Origin: Octopus sinensis
Taxonomy: Eukaryota
DNA length: 24,315 nt
Assembly (NCBI RefSeq): GCF_006345805.1
Contig: NW_021836394.1
Coordinates: 1 to 24,315 of the forward strand
Reading direction: 5' to 3'
Shown here: in pieces, positions 1 through 9,894 of the stretch
Position numbering within the stretch: the stretch's first letter is position 1
Layout of the letters: every line of letters starts with the position of its first letter
The notes under the pieces: model-generated
The model's database searches: none
Told to the model about the DNA's origin: nothing
Seen by the model: only the letters and a program-made list of their open reading frames with translations
Program-made: the position numbers and the translations under genes

Positions 1-308
1 TCCTGTCGGGGTCGATAAAATTAAGCACCAGTTACGCACTGGGGTCGATGTAATCGACTTAATACCTATGTCTGTCCTTGTTTGTCCCCTCTATGTTTAG
101 CCCCTTGTGGGTAATAAAGAAATAGGTATTTCCTCTGCTGCTACGTTCTGAGTTCAAATTCCGCCGAGGTCGACTTTGCTTTTCATCCTTTCGGGGTCGA
201 TAAAATAAGTACCAGTTACACACTGGGGTCGATGTAATCGACTTAATCCGTTTGTCTGTCCTTGTTTGTCCCCACTGTGTTTAGCCCCTAATGGCAGTAA
301 AAGAAATA
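1..308 (+). mobile_element. Tandem pair of tRNA-derived SINE family A units (Deu/Nin-like core); first unit begins before the window
   Basis: Two ~180-bp units. Unit 2 has B-box GAGTTCAAATTCC then GACTTTGCTTTTCATCCTTTCGGGGTCGATAAAATAAGTACCAG (Deu/Nin-like core); both end in TTAGCCCC..AAAGAAATA. Unit 2 starts at 125 (GGTATTTC). Same family at 16312-16532 and 21029-21433. Confidence 0.85.
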
Positions 309-995
309 ATAAACACACTAATTCTATTTCACTGGAGTAGAGAGGGCAGCCATTGTTGAGGTTGTGAATAGCGGCGAAATGATTTTGACAAACTTAACTC
401 ATTGTTTGAGCGACCGGACGATTAATCAAATCATCGATTAGTTAATTAGTTACATAGTTAAGTAATTGACAAATAAAGAAGAAAGAAGTGAGGTAGTACC
501 AGTGCTTGTGTCTATTATTGGCATAATTAACCTCCCGAAATGCAACAAAATATGTTTCACATCAAGATGCTTGCAAGACAAATACAAAAACTAAATAACT
601 TTCAATTTTATTTTCCAAACAGAAAGAAAAAGGCTGATGATTACGTCCAGGGTCAGAATTGGCAATAATTCATAATCGACATCCCAGGTCTCCACGTTTG
701 GACAAACACTTGGATTTTACAAAGGACTTCACCCTTGCAACTTACATCGCTGCTCATAATTCTTGGTGCCTTTCATTTCGCTAGTAAGCACCTAAACACT
801 GGATGAAGACATTCCAAATCACCTCTGCATATATATGCAGTTGTAACGTTCGAGAAACTTTCCTCCTTGTGCCTGGATATTCCCATGTAGCTTGCGCGTT
901 GTATTGCACCGTTGAAAAGGGCAACATTACTTTGATCTCCAGTCAACAGTTGACAATGGGGCAAGTCACACTGTGGTACCTATATGTTGACTATG

Positions 996-1049
996 GCCGC
1001 TTTAAAACATCCTGAACGTTGATGCCCTCAACGCTAACCATTTGAATTT
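996..1049 (-). repeat. Left arm of a 54-bp inverted repeat (inverted copy of 1335-1388)
   Basis: GCCGCTTTAAAACATCCTGAACGTTGATGCCCTCAACGCTAACCATTTGAATTT matches the reverse complement of 1335-1388 with 3 substitutions. Confidence 0.95.
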
Positions 1050-1053
1050 ACTC

Positions 1054-1274
1054 CACCTCCCCCTGGACAATAACCCCGCCCAAGGACAATGACTCCTGAG
1101 GACAACAGATGATGATTTAAAACGTCCTAATATATTGGAGAGGGGGTAATTAACCAAGGGTGGAATAATTGTCCTGGGGTAGTTGTCGTCGTAGGGGGTG
1201 GGAATTGTCCTGGGGTAGTTGTCGTCGTAGGGGGTGGGAATTGTCCTATGGGGGCGATAATTGTCCTGATACCG
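1054..1274. mobile_element. Foldback-like non-autonomous DNA element with inverted GGACAAT/ATTGTCC motifs and two 36-bp tandem repeats; left end missing
   Basis: GGACAA(T/C) x3 at 1065-1106; AATTGTCCT x4 at 1167-1267; exact 36-bp repeats at 1167-1202 and 1203-1238; ends AATTGTCCTGATACCG. Superfamily not determined. Confidence 0.6.
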
Positions 1275-1890
1275 TTTGAGACATATACTCAATGTGAAGT
1301 AGATCATGTACTCCGGACTCTGAAGTTCAAGAGAAAATTCAAATGGTTAGCGTTGAGGGCACCACCGTTCGGGATGTTTTAAAGCGGCGTGGACATCTTG
1401 TTCGAATGAGTAAGACCAGAATTCCAAAGCAACTATTTTATGGAGAATTGTACAAAGGAAAGAAGAAAAGTTCAAAACACAGACACAGGTATAATGACTT
1501 TTCGTAAGATGAACTTGTGTTGTTTCTGTTGAGAACTAAGAAGAATTAGCTGTTGATGGAACAAAGTGGAGAAAGACACTCTTTGATAGTGTGGAATTTT
1601 TGGAGAGAGAAAGAATTCATCATGCGCCATATATAGAAATAATTCGAAAGAGGAAGCAAGCAACGTCAAAAGCTGCAGACAAAATTAGTGCGAAATACGG
1701 GGAAGAATCTGTGTTTCTGTCGCTGGTTTCAAGAGTCACTTGAAAAAGAATGATGAAAGGCAATTTGGCTTCAAGTACGCTTTGTATGGCAAAGGGATGA
1801 AGCTGAAAGATAGCACGAAGAGTCATTTACGAAGTCATACAAGGACAGAGGCTCAAGAAATTCCAAGACGTCATACTCGAGGGCGATGTG
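1275..1890 (+). mobile_element. RTE-clade LINE ORF2 C-terminal remnant (decayed)
   Basis: Manual translation across stops and shifts: LRHILNVK*..TPDSEVQEKIQMVSVE..LKRRGHLVRMSKTRIPKQLFYGELYKGKKK..RHRYND; *EELAVDGTKWRKTLFDSVEFLERK; KSHLRSHTR. Matches the RTE pattern LRWAGHVVRM..R.PKQLLYGEL. Confidence 0.85.
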
Positions 1891-1901
1891 TACTAGTATG
1901 T

Positions 1902-2051
1902 ACACACATACACACACACTACACAAACTACACACACGTACACACACTACACACACTACACACACGCACATAGATAGACAGACAGATGGATAGACAGACA
2001 CACAGCTAGACAGACGGACGGACAGACATACAGGCAGACAGACAGATAGAC

Positions 2052-2134
<83 letters not shown>
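1902..2134. repeat. Compound microsatellite (CA)n-(GACA)n-(GATA)n
   Basis: Read directly from the sequence. Confidence 0.97.
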
Positions 2135-2135
<1 letters not shown>

Positions 2136-2515
2136 GAAGTAGATTTCAGTGTGACTGGTGGTGACCTGTATTATTTGAAAAAACGCGTCAGAAATAGAAT
2201 GAAATTACCATGAAGAGTATGACACGCAACATTTCGGATTGAGTCAGTCTTCAAGATTAAAATAAAAAGCAGGAGAAAAGGAAAGACAACAGACTTTTCG
2301 CTCCTTCATGTTTGGATAACTGGCTGCAACTGATGGGGAACTGACGAAGAAGTAGTAAGAGAGGAAAACTAGGTGTGAGATGTAGAAAGAAAGAGAAATG
2401 AAATGAGGAAGAGAAGCGGGTGGTGGTGAGATGGAGGGAAAAATTGAAATCAGAAGTAAAAAGAAAAGACAGCTGAGATTACTGAACTAAGATAGGGTGG
2501 GGAAGGAGTTGAAAG

Positions 2516-3248
2516 GAAAAAGATCATTTAAACTCATTAGTGCCATGGTTCTGAGTTTGAATATGAAGCATTGTTCTTTTCGTTTCCTTGACTGTGTGAA
2601 TCTATGGTGTATGAACATACTGCACATCGAGAAGTGGGTAATGGAATGACCCGTTCACTTGAATTGACGATAGATTGGCCTGGCATACGTTGTGGTGTTT
2701 TGAAATCCCTCGCGAAAACTCTCGGGAAGGCGACAGACAAATGTAAAGTTTGCAAATGAAACAATATATAAAATTGGCAATATGTTGCACCGGGTCTAAG
2801 TAGCAGTCACGTGGTACTGTTACTTAGGGCCGGTAACGAATGTAGTGTTGTTTATCTAGAAACAGGTGTTGCGTCATCGGGAGAACGCACTCAGAAGAGT
2901 TTGGTTGTGAGGGACTCAATGTCGCAGAGTTTCTAACTTGGAGGTTGCTGAGATCCCAACCTTCTTGAAGGCGAAGGTGAAGCGGAGAAGAAACGAATCG
3001 TAGCGGGGGTGGCAAGTTGAATTCGGGGGTTGTGGAGAAGTGGAAGGATGGACTGGTGGAAGGTGAGTGGGGGAGAGTGGAATCTGATCTGTGGATGTAT
3101 GTAAAGGCGGTAGAAGAGGGGAAGCGTGGTCGATGGCTTGGACCTTGTGAAATGCAGAGTTCGCTTGATTCAGCGAGAAATATTGCATTTCTTCAAATCG
3201 GGATTTGAATACCAAATAAATGACGTAGAATCGGTAAAGCTACAGAGA
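2516..3248 (-). mobile_element. Penelope-like element, RT C-terminus/linker and GIY-YIG endonuclease remnant
   Basis: Minus-strand fragments LCS..FKSRFEEMQYF..NSAFHKVQAIDHASPL; NFIYCFICKL..REFSRGISKH; RKEQCFIFKLRTMALMSLNDLF (PLE pattern RK..EQ.LIFKLGTL.P.GLN.RF). Multiple frameshifts. Confidence 0.8.
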
Positions 3249-3249
3249 C

Positions 3250-3653
3250 TCTTTACTCTTTTACTCCTTTACTTGTTTCAGTCATTTGACTGCGGTCATG
3301 CTGGAGCACCGCCTTTTAGTCGAGCAACTCGACCCCGGGACTTATTCTTTGTAAGCCCAGTACTTATTCTATCGGTTCTCTTTTGCCGAACCGCTAAGTT
3401 ACGGGGACGTAAACACACCAGCATCGGTTGTCAAGCAATGCTAGGGGGACACACAAACACACACACACATATATATACATACATATATACGACAGGCTTC
3501 TTTCAGTTTCCGTCTACCAAATCCACTCACAAGGCATTGGTCGGCCCGGGGCTATAGCAGAAGACACTTGCCCAAGATGCCACGCAGTGGGACTGAACAC
3601 GGAGCCATGTGGTTGGTTAGCAAGCTACTTACCACACAGCCACTCCCGCGCCT
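3250..3653 (-). mobile_element. tRNA-derived SINE family B, full length, inserted in the Penelope ORF
   Basis: Minus strand: head AGGCGCGGGAGTGGCTGTGTGGT with B-box-like GTTCAGTCCC, central CTTGGGCAAGTGTCTTC..GGAAACTGAAAGAAGCC, internal (TA/TG)n, 3' half ending in a (GAGTAAAA)n-like tail. Six more copies in the window. Confidence 0.9.
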
Positions 3654-3850
3654 ATGAGAGAATGGTAAGAAAGGAGTAGAATTGGGCTGAGAGATAGATT
3701 AGTGGGGGGGGGAGCAGCGGGAGTGGGTTGGTCTGTTGTAGACGAACGTGAACAGGTGGATATTGTAGATAGTGATGAAGGTGTCGGGAAAACTCTGTAT
3801 GTGTGTGTATAAGGAAGTGGGGGGGTGTTCGTGGAAATGAGATTCACAGA
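3654..3850 (-). mobile_element. Probable upstream continuation of the Penelope-like ORF
   Basis: Minus strand NSTPFLPFSH abuts the SINE and joins to LCS on the other side (PLE pattern NSIPFSQFLRLRRLCS). Remainder heavily decayed. Confidence 0.5.
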
Positions 3851-3929
3851 AACTAAACACTACATATCAACTCGTTTAAAAGAATAACTCACTGAGAGTT
3901 TTCAAAGAATAATTATTAATTATAAATTA

Positions 3930-4101
3930 ATTTTATAAATATAATATAATATGTATATAATATATATATACACACACACACGTGTGTGTATGGTATGTGC
4001 GTATGCATGTATATGTATATATAAAACTAATTTATAATTAATATTTTTCTTAGAAGGCTATCAGTTTCAGCTATATATGTGTACGTGTGTATATATATAT
4101 A

Positions 4102-4133
<32 letters not shown>

Positions 4134-4153
4134 TATTATATATAGTATGTATG

Positions 4154-4205
<52 letters not shown>

Positions 4206-4450
4206 TATATATATATACATATACACACACACCACACATATATATATATATATATATATATACTATATATAATTATATATAGATATATATATATACATAT
4301 ATATCACACATACACACTCAGGTTTCGCACACAACACACGTACAGGCCTCTATAGATGGATGGCTATTATGTATGTTATGATTTAATGTGTGGTGTGTGT
4401 GTGTGTGTGTGTGTGTGTATGCGTGCGTGTGGTTATACATGTCTATGTAT
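3930..4450. repeat. (TA)n/(CA)n/(TG)n microsatellite cluster
   Basis: Read directly; the overlapping ORFs (YIYI, HTHT) are artefacts. Confidence 0.95.
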
Positions 4451-4566
4451 AGAATGCAAGATTATTTAATTAAATGAAAGACATTTCAACAAGATAAAAT
4501 ACTGGACTGGTTCGTTTGACCGAAATTCCTCACATAACTCCACTAATGCCGTCCGTTGTTTCAGCA

Positions 4567-5098
4567 TTCCTTCCTTCCTTCCTTCCTTCTTTCCTTCTTT
4601 CCTTTCTTGCTTCAGTTATCTATTTATTGCGGCAGCAACGGAGCAGGAAGAGGTGCTCAGGGGGTGGTGATGGCGGTGATGGTGGAGATGGTGGAGGCGG
4701 TGGTGGAGGTGGTGGTGGTGGTGATGGTGGTGGTGGTGGTGGTGTGGTGGTGGTGGGTAGAACAAAGCCAAACTGTGCTGCACTCTGGACAGTTGGAGGT
4801 GATGTTTGCACACTCTCCCTCTCTCTCTCTCTCTCTCACACACAACACACACACACACACACACACACTCTTTCTGTCCTTATTCACTCTCTTTCAGATC
4901 TACCGAAGAGCCATTGTACATGTGTGTGTGTGTGTGTATGTGTGTGTGTGCGTGTGTGGACATGTGTGCATGTATCTTGCATTGCAACGAATATGCTTGT
5001 GCTACAAATATGTATCTGTATGTGTATGTGTGTACGCGTACATATTTGTATGCATGCACATACATACACATGCACACCCACTCTCTCACACACACATA

Positions 5099-5163
<65 letters not shown>

Positions 5164-5165
5164 AA
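4567..5165. repeat. Microsatellite cluster: (TTCC)n, (GGT)n, (CT)n(CA)n, (TG)n, (TA)n
   Basis: Read directly; (GGT)n at about 4660-4756. Confidence 0.95.
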
Positions 5166-5237
5166 GAGTGGATCGTATACGAGTGGGTATATATTTGTAA
5201 AAAAAGTTTGAAATGCCACTATATTAGATAAATTTTA

Positions 5238-5280
5238 ATTTTACATGTTTCGGTTCTGAAATAACGAACCTTATCAAAAA
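5238..5280 (-). ncRNA. Degenerate minimal type I hammerhead ribozyme motif
   Basis: Minus: TTT-TTGATAA-GGTTC(GTTATTTCA)GAACC-GAAA-CATGT-A-AAA. Perfect 5-bp stem II and palindromic stem III ACATGT; core has 2 mismatches to CTGATGA. Confidence 0.55.
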
Positions 5281-5728
5281 GAATTTTTTATAATAAAGAG
5301 TATATGGAACAGTTCATAATTGTTACATACATTCAATAGAGTCCAAGCTATATACATTCAATAGAATCCATGTTCTTGAAAAGGCGAAAAATATAAGTGT
5401 AGTGCAGGAGTTCATTATAGATTTTACCTTGTGTTCCAATGGGAGCAACAGTAGTAATTCTTGGTCGTCGACTGTTAGCGTAATTTTTGTATATATACAC
5501 ACAAATATCATATCTAAACATACTCGTACATATACACAAGATCAATCTAATTATTTATCTATCCATATTTCGTTTCGTGAATTTTGATTACAACCGTAAC
5601 TGACCATGTCCAGTTGTAGATAGATTTTGTGCCTCCGGCCAACGAGTCAATCGAGTCGCCTATACTGGTGAGACCGTTTTTGGTACGAAACCAATAATCT
5701 CTTTCTGACTGGCCATAAGAAACAAATC

Positions 5729-5730
5729 TG

Positions 5731-5766
<36 letters not shown>

Positions 5767-5790
5767 GCATATATATATATATATATATAT
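5729..5790. repeat. (TCTA)n and (TA)n microsatellites
   Basis: Read directly. Confidence 0.95.
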
Positions 5791-5946
5791 AGGAGTGGCT
5801 TGTGGTAAGTAGCTTGCTAACCAACCACATGGTTCCGGGTTCAGTCCCACTGCGTGGCATCTTGGGCAAGTGTCTTCTACTATAGCCCCGGGCCGACCAA
5901 TGCCTTGTGAGTGGATTTGGTAGACGGAAACTAAAAGAAGCCTGTC

Positions 5947-6012
<66 letters not shown>

Positions 6013-6225
6013 TTGTGTGTCTGTGTTTGTTCCTCTAGCATTGCTTGACAACCGATGCTGGTGTGTTTACGTCCCCGTCACTTAGCGGTTCGGCAAAAGA
6101 GACCGACAGAATAAGTACTGGGCTTACAAAAAGAATAAGTCTCGGGGTCGAGTTGCTCGACCAAAGGCGGTGCTCCAGCATGGCCGCAGTCAAATGACCG
6201 AAACAAGTAAAAGAGTAAAAGAGTA
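5791..6225 (+). mobile_element. SINE family B copy (plus strand)
   Basis: AGGAGTGGCTTGTGGTAAG..GGGTTCAGTCCC head, internal (TA)n(TG)n, tail GAGTAAAAGAGTA. Confidence 0.92.
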
Positions 6226-6402
6226 TATATATCTTCTTCGGTGCCAAGAATTCACAACGACCTCGAACCCACAAGAGTAAACAAGAGAGACAGAGACAGA
6301 CAGAAACAAGGTAAATGCCACTTTTATTTGAATACTATGCAAATATTCTTTTATAATACTTTTCATTTAATTTTTCCAAAATTTAATTGTTTTCCATACT
6401 TA

Positions 6403-6439
6403 CAATTGAAAAAAGTCTCAATGACCGAAACCGGTACTG
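6403..6439 (+). ncRNA. Degenerate minimal type I hammerhead ribozyme motif
   Basis: CAA-TTGAAAA-AAGTC(TCAAT)GACC-GAAA-CCGGT-A-CTG. Palindromic stem III ACCGGT; core 2 mismatches; stems I and II imperfect. Confidence 0.4.
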
Positions 6440-6744
6440 AAATGTTTTTTATAAAATTATTTAAGCATTTTCTACCTTGACTTTTTTCCACATATACATA
6501 TTGTAGAATCAGAAATAAAAACTCCTTGGTACAATATTACATATATGAAAACAATGAATAGAAATGGTTTTTCTAATTTTTCCACTTTAATAATTAAGTT
6601 ATTATGTTTTTACACCTAATAAATTACAAGTGTATAATTATCAATTGGGAAAATTTCAAAAGTGCCATTTCTGTTCATTTTTTAAAATACACACACACAC
6701 AACACACCACAACACACACACACACACCACACATAATAATATAG

Positions 6745-6775
<31 letters not shown>

Positions 6776-6799
6776 GTGTGTAAAAGTTTAAAAAATATA

Positions 6800-7060
6800 C
6801 AACTGGACAAGAACGTGAAACATTTAGAAGACGACACAAAAACACGACGGGACATTCGAAGCCTTCAATCTTCAGTCAAGAACGGATCATCTTCGCAATT
6901 TCGGCTGATTAATCTTGAGATTGCTCCGACCTGGGCAGCCCCAAATGAAAATCTCAGCCAAGTGCATTAGAATCCTTGGAAGAAAGCCTCGAATGTATAC
7001 AAAACAAGGACGGAAAACGGACGATGTTACACGAATAAGAATACGAAAATACGTAAAAAC
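6800..7060. repeat. Probable interspersed repeat, unclassified (possibly Penelope-derived)
   Basis: I recognise GGACATTCGAAGCCTTCAATCTTCAGTCAAGAAC..GCTGATTAATCTTGAGATTGCTCC as a common octopus repeat from memory only; single copy here. Confidence 0.35.
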
Positions 7061-7299
7061 AATAATGATAATAATAACAACAAAACCAGGACGTCAAGGA
7101 CAAGCGTCTTTTCGACAGGACGAGTAAAGTTTTGAGCTGGTGTTAGAAGTGTGCCTTAAGGCCACAGAGAGACAAACAAGTGTGTCTTGCCACAATGACT
7201 GCTGGACGCTAGTATAAATATCTAATATATATATATCATATATATATATTATATATATATATATAATATACTAGTAGTGGACCCTGATATTGTCCGGGT

Positions 7300-7565
7300 G
7301 TTATGACTGAGAGGCACATTGCATTATTTGTTCCTTTCTTATGGGCAGAATCGGCACACGACGAGTATGAAGCTAACAACCTTTCTTTATGAACATGTTT
7401 TTCTGCCATTTCCCGATGAACAATGCTGCAGTTTCCGTCTACCAAATTCTGTCACAAGTCTGTGGTTGGCCGAGGGCTATGGTAGAAGCCACTTGCCACG
7501 GTACCATGCAGAGGGACTGATCGTAGAACCATGTGGTTGGGAAGCAAATTTCTCAACCACATAGT
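7300..7565 (-). mobile_element. Diverged SINE related to family B (same head and central domain, different 3' part)
   Basis: 7428-7565 aligns to the family B head and central domain (CAGTTTCCGTCTACCAAA..GAACCATGTGGTTGG) with many substitutions; the adjacent segment differs from the B 3' half, so the left boundary is approximate. Confidence 0.65.
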
Positions 7566-8461
7566 CATTGTTGAACCTAATATGTGTGTGTTTACATTTG
7601 TTGTTAACTCGAGTATTGTGTCCCGCTATGTCACAAATCTAGCAGTTCATGAAGCCGAGATCTATATAATAAACACCAGATTGAGATATGTACTAAGGTC
7701 GTTACGATCAATTAAATTTTTGAAGGTGATACTCCATCTTGACGACAGTTGAAAGACTAAACCCAGTAAAATAACGTTTAAAGACTTAATGGCTTCAAAT
7801 TTAAGATAATGGATTACTAACCACAAGATAATTAGTTCAAAACTTCGTACTGAACTTCCACTTTGTACGATAACACTATATGTACATCTCAGCCAACTTG
7901 ACTTCCAACAATTAACAATTGTAATTTGAAGTCGAATGGCTAGAAGTAAGAAAGATGTCCAGATTTCTTTAAAGATTATTGTGCAAAACATTCTGAGAAA
8001 AAGGTTTGTACCACAACAAAGCACACACACACACACACTGAGGTGTCTCTATGGTAACTTGAGGTACCAAACTCTCCTAAAACACATACTTTCATCAAAA
8101 GAAAGACACAGATTTACAGTATTTCATGAAGAAACAAAAAGTATGCGATGGGTCTGTTACATCAGAGGCAACTCTGGGCTAAACAAAAGACAATCATACT
8201 TCACATTAAAAGATTATCTGCTAAATAGTATTAATCAAGTTGACGGTTTATCTTCGAAGTTTCATTCCCTGGTAAAACTCGATGTGTTTTAAACATTTTC
8301 TGATTATGCTCTATGTAAGACCTCAAAATTCTGCGACCCGACCTCGTTTTCGAGGTTACTTTTGTAGTAAAAAAGAGTTGGTAGCCGAACGAATAAATGT
8401 TTTTAATACCTCATACGTCAAAATCGACAACTCAGTTTTCAAATCCATAAGGAACATACGC

Positions 8462-8465
8462 GCGT

Positions 8466-8525
<60 letters not shown>
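8462..8525. repeat. (CA)n microsatellite
   Basis: Read directly. Confidence 0.97.
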
Positions 8526-8526
<1 letters not shown>

Positions 8527-8865
8527 AATCTCTTTTATTATATAAGATATATATACACGGAGCAAATAATTCAGGAGAAAATATTTGCGAAGATATTATT
8601 GACTATGTTATTATCTAGAGAAACAATTAAAAATGATAATAACAGAATCGATAATATAGGCTGAGGAAAGTGAGTCTATAATTCCAGTCCAGAAACCGGT
8701 CCACGTGAGTCCAAATCCTTGAATATATGTTGAGAGATTGTCTCAGCCCGTTTGTCCGCAGATGGTAGATTTCTGTAGTTATCATCAGTTTTATCGGCGA
8801 TTTAAATAAGAGTTTTGACTGTTATTTCCAGCAGGTAAAATACTTAGCATGTCTTTTGATCAATT

Positions 8866-8872
8866 ATATATA

Positions 8873-8940
<68 letters not shown>

Positions 8941-9045
8941 GTATATATACATGCATGCATGTACGCACACACATATACAGGCATACATAATGCTTATATT
9001 TGTATATTTGTGTGTGTGTGCGCGCGCATGTACACGTGTGCGTGT
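8866..9045. repeat. (TA)n and mixed TA/CA/TG microsatellite
   Basis: Read directly. Confidence 0.93.
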
Positions 9046-9319
9046 TAAATGGGTTACAGAGATAGAAGATTCAGAACTACTTCAGAATAAGAAGTCTAAT
9101 CTGTTTTATAAAACCTACCTCACTCAAATAGTACGATCGGAATGATTTGAACTGCATACTCTAATGCCTTAAAGTAAGGAAATTTGGTTCCAAAGACTAA
9201 ATGCCGCTGTCAGATGGCCGCTTAAGGAAAGATAGGATATTAAATATTTGTACAGTGTTATTGTTTCGTATAATTTTATTTGTTCTACTTATACTATCTT
9301 ACATTTTCTGTATATTTGT

Positions 9320-9427
<108 letters not shown>

Positions 9428-9651
9428 GATGAGAGATTTTGTGTTCAGGAGGCCCAAAAGGCAGGTATGGCTATGTAGGTGCTACGGAAAGACCGCTGTT
9501 AGACTCCCGATTCAATAGTAGTTGGAACTACAACTGTAACATCCACCATATATTTTTATTCTCATATTTTCCTTTATACTTCCTGTAACTCTCCCTTTCC
9601 AAAATACGTTCTTATATTGAACTCTACTATTATCTTCTTGTTAACTCTCTC

Positions 9652-9706
9652 GTATCGCCTCTGATGAGGGATATCTTTTGTATCCCTGAAACAGCTGTAA
9701 GACTAC
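9652..9706 (+). ncRNA. Minimal type I hammerhead ribozyme, nearly intact, in a probable Penelope pLTR fragment (about 9500-9770)
   Basis: GCCT-CTGATGA-GGGATA(TCTTTTG)TATCCC-T-GAAA-CAGCTGT-A-AGAC. Exact CUGAUGA and GAAA core, hairpin stem II, palindromic stem III ACAGCUGU, NUH = GUA (cleavage after 9699), imperfect stem I. Confidence 0.75.
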
Positions 9707-9769
9707 CTTTCTCTTTATAAATGTCTTAGAAATTTCACACTTCTTTGGCTTTGTTTTCTCATTTTATTT

Positions 9770-9792
9770 AACACACACACACCACACACACA

Positions 9793-9834
<42 letters not shown>

Positions 9835-9856
9835 ACACATACACACACACACACAT
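9770..9856. repeat. (CA)n microsatellite
   Basis: Read directly. Confidence 0.95.
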
Positions 9857-9894
9857 ATGCAGTTGGGAGCGTATACACACAGATATATACATAT

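Noticed and set aside
634-700. CTGATGA hammerhead core
   Set aside because: No stem II followed by GAAA downstream. The same applies to CTGATGAG at about 20157.
773-995. Possible further RTE or exon sequence left of the inverted arm
   Set aside because: No convincing motif in any of six frames.
1167-1247. CRISPR-like 36-bp direct repeats
   Set aside because: Repeats are adjacent with no spacers; eukaryotic repeat context.
996-1388. MITE with 54-bp TIRs
   Set aside because: The right arm is in-frame RTE coding sequence continuous with its flanks and no TSD is seen; treated as an inverted duplication instead.
4516-5219. Gly-rich and His-rich ORFs
   Set aside because: Produced by (TTCC)n, (GGT)n, (CT)n, (CA)n and (TA)n tracts.
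6850-6920. Minus-strand CTGAAGA..GAAT and CTCAAGA..GAAA motifs
   Set aside because: No workable stem II/III geometry.
7570-8460. Non-repetitive-looking segment with 87-124 aa ORFs
   Set aside because: No recognisable domain; the ORFs run through (CA)n and have AT-rich non-coding composition.
9100-9230. Strong-looking minus-strand splice sites (TTTCCTTAAG..GAG|GTAGGT)
   Set aside because: The long version has stops in all three frames; a 44-nt version (ALEYAVQIIPIVLF) is unverifiable.
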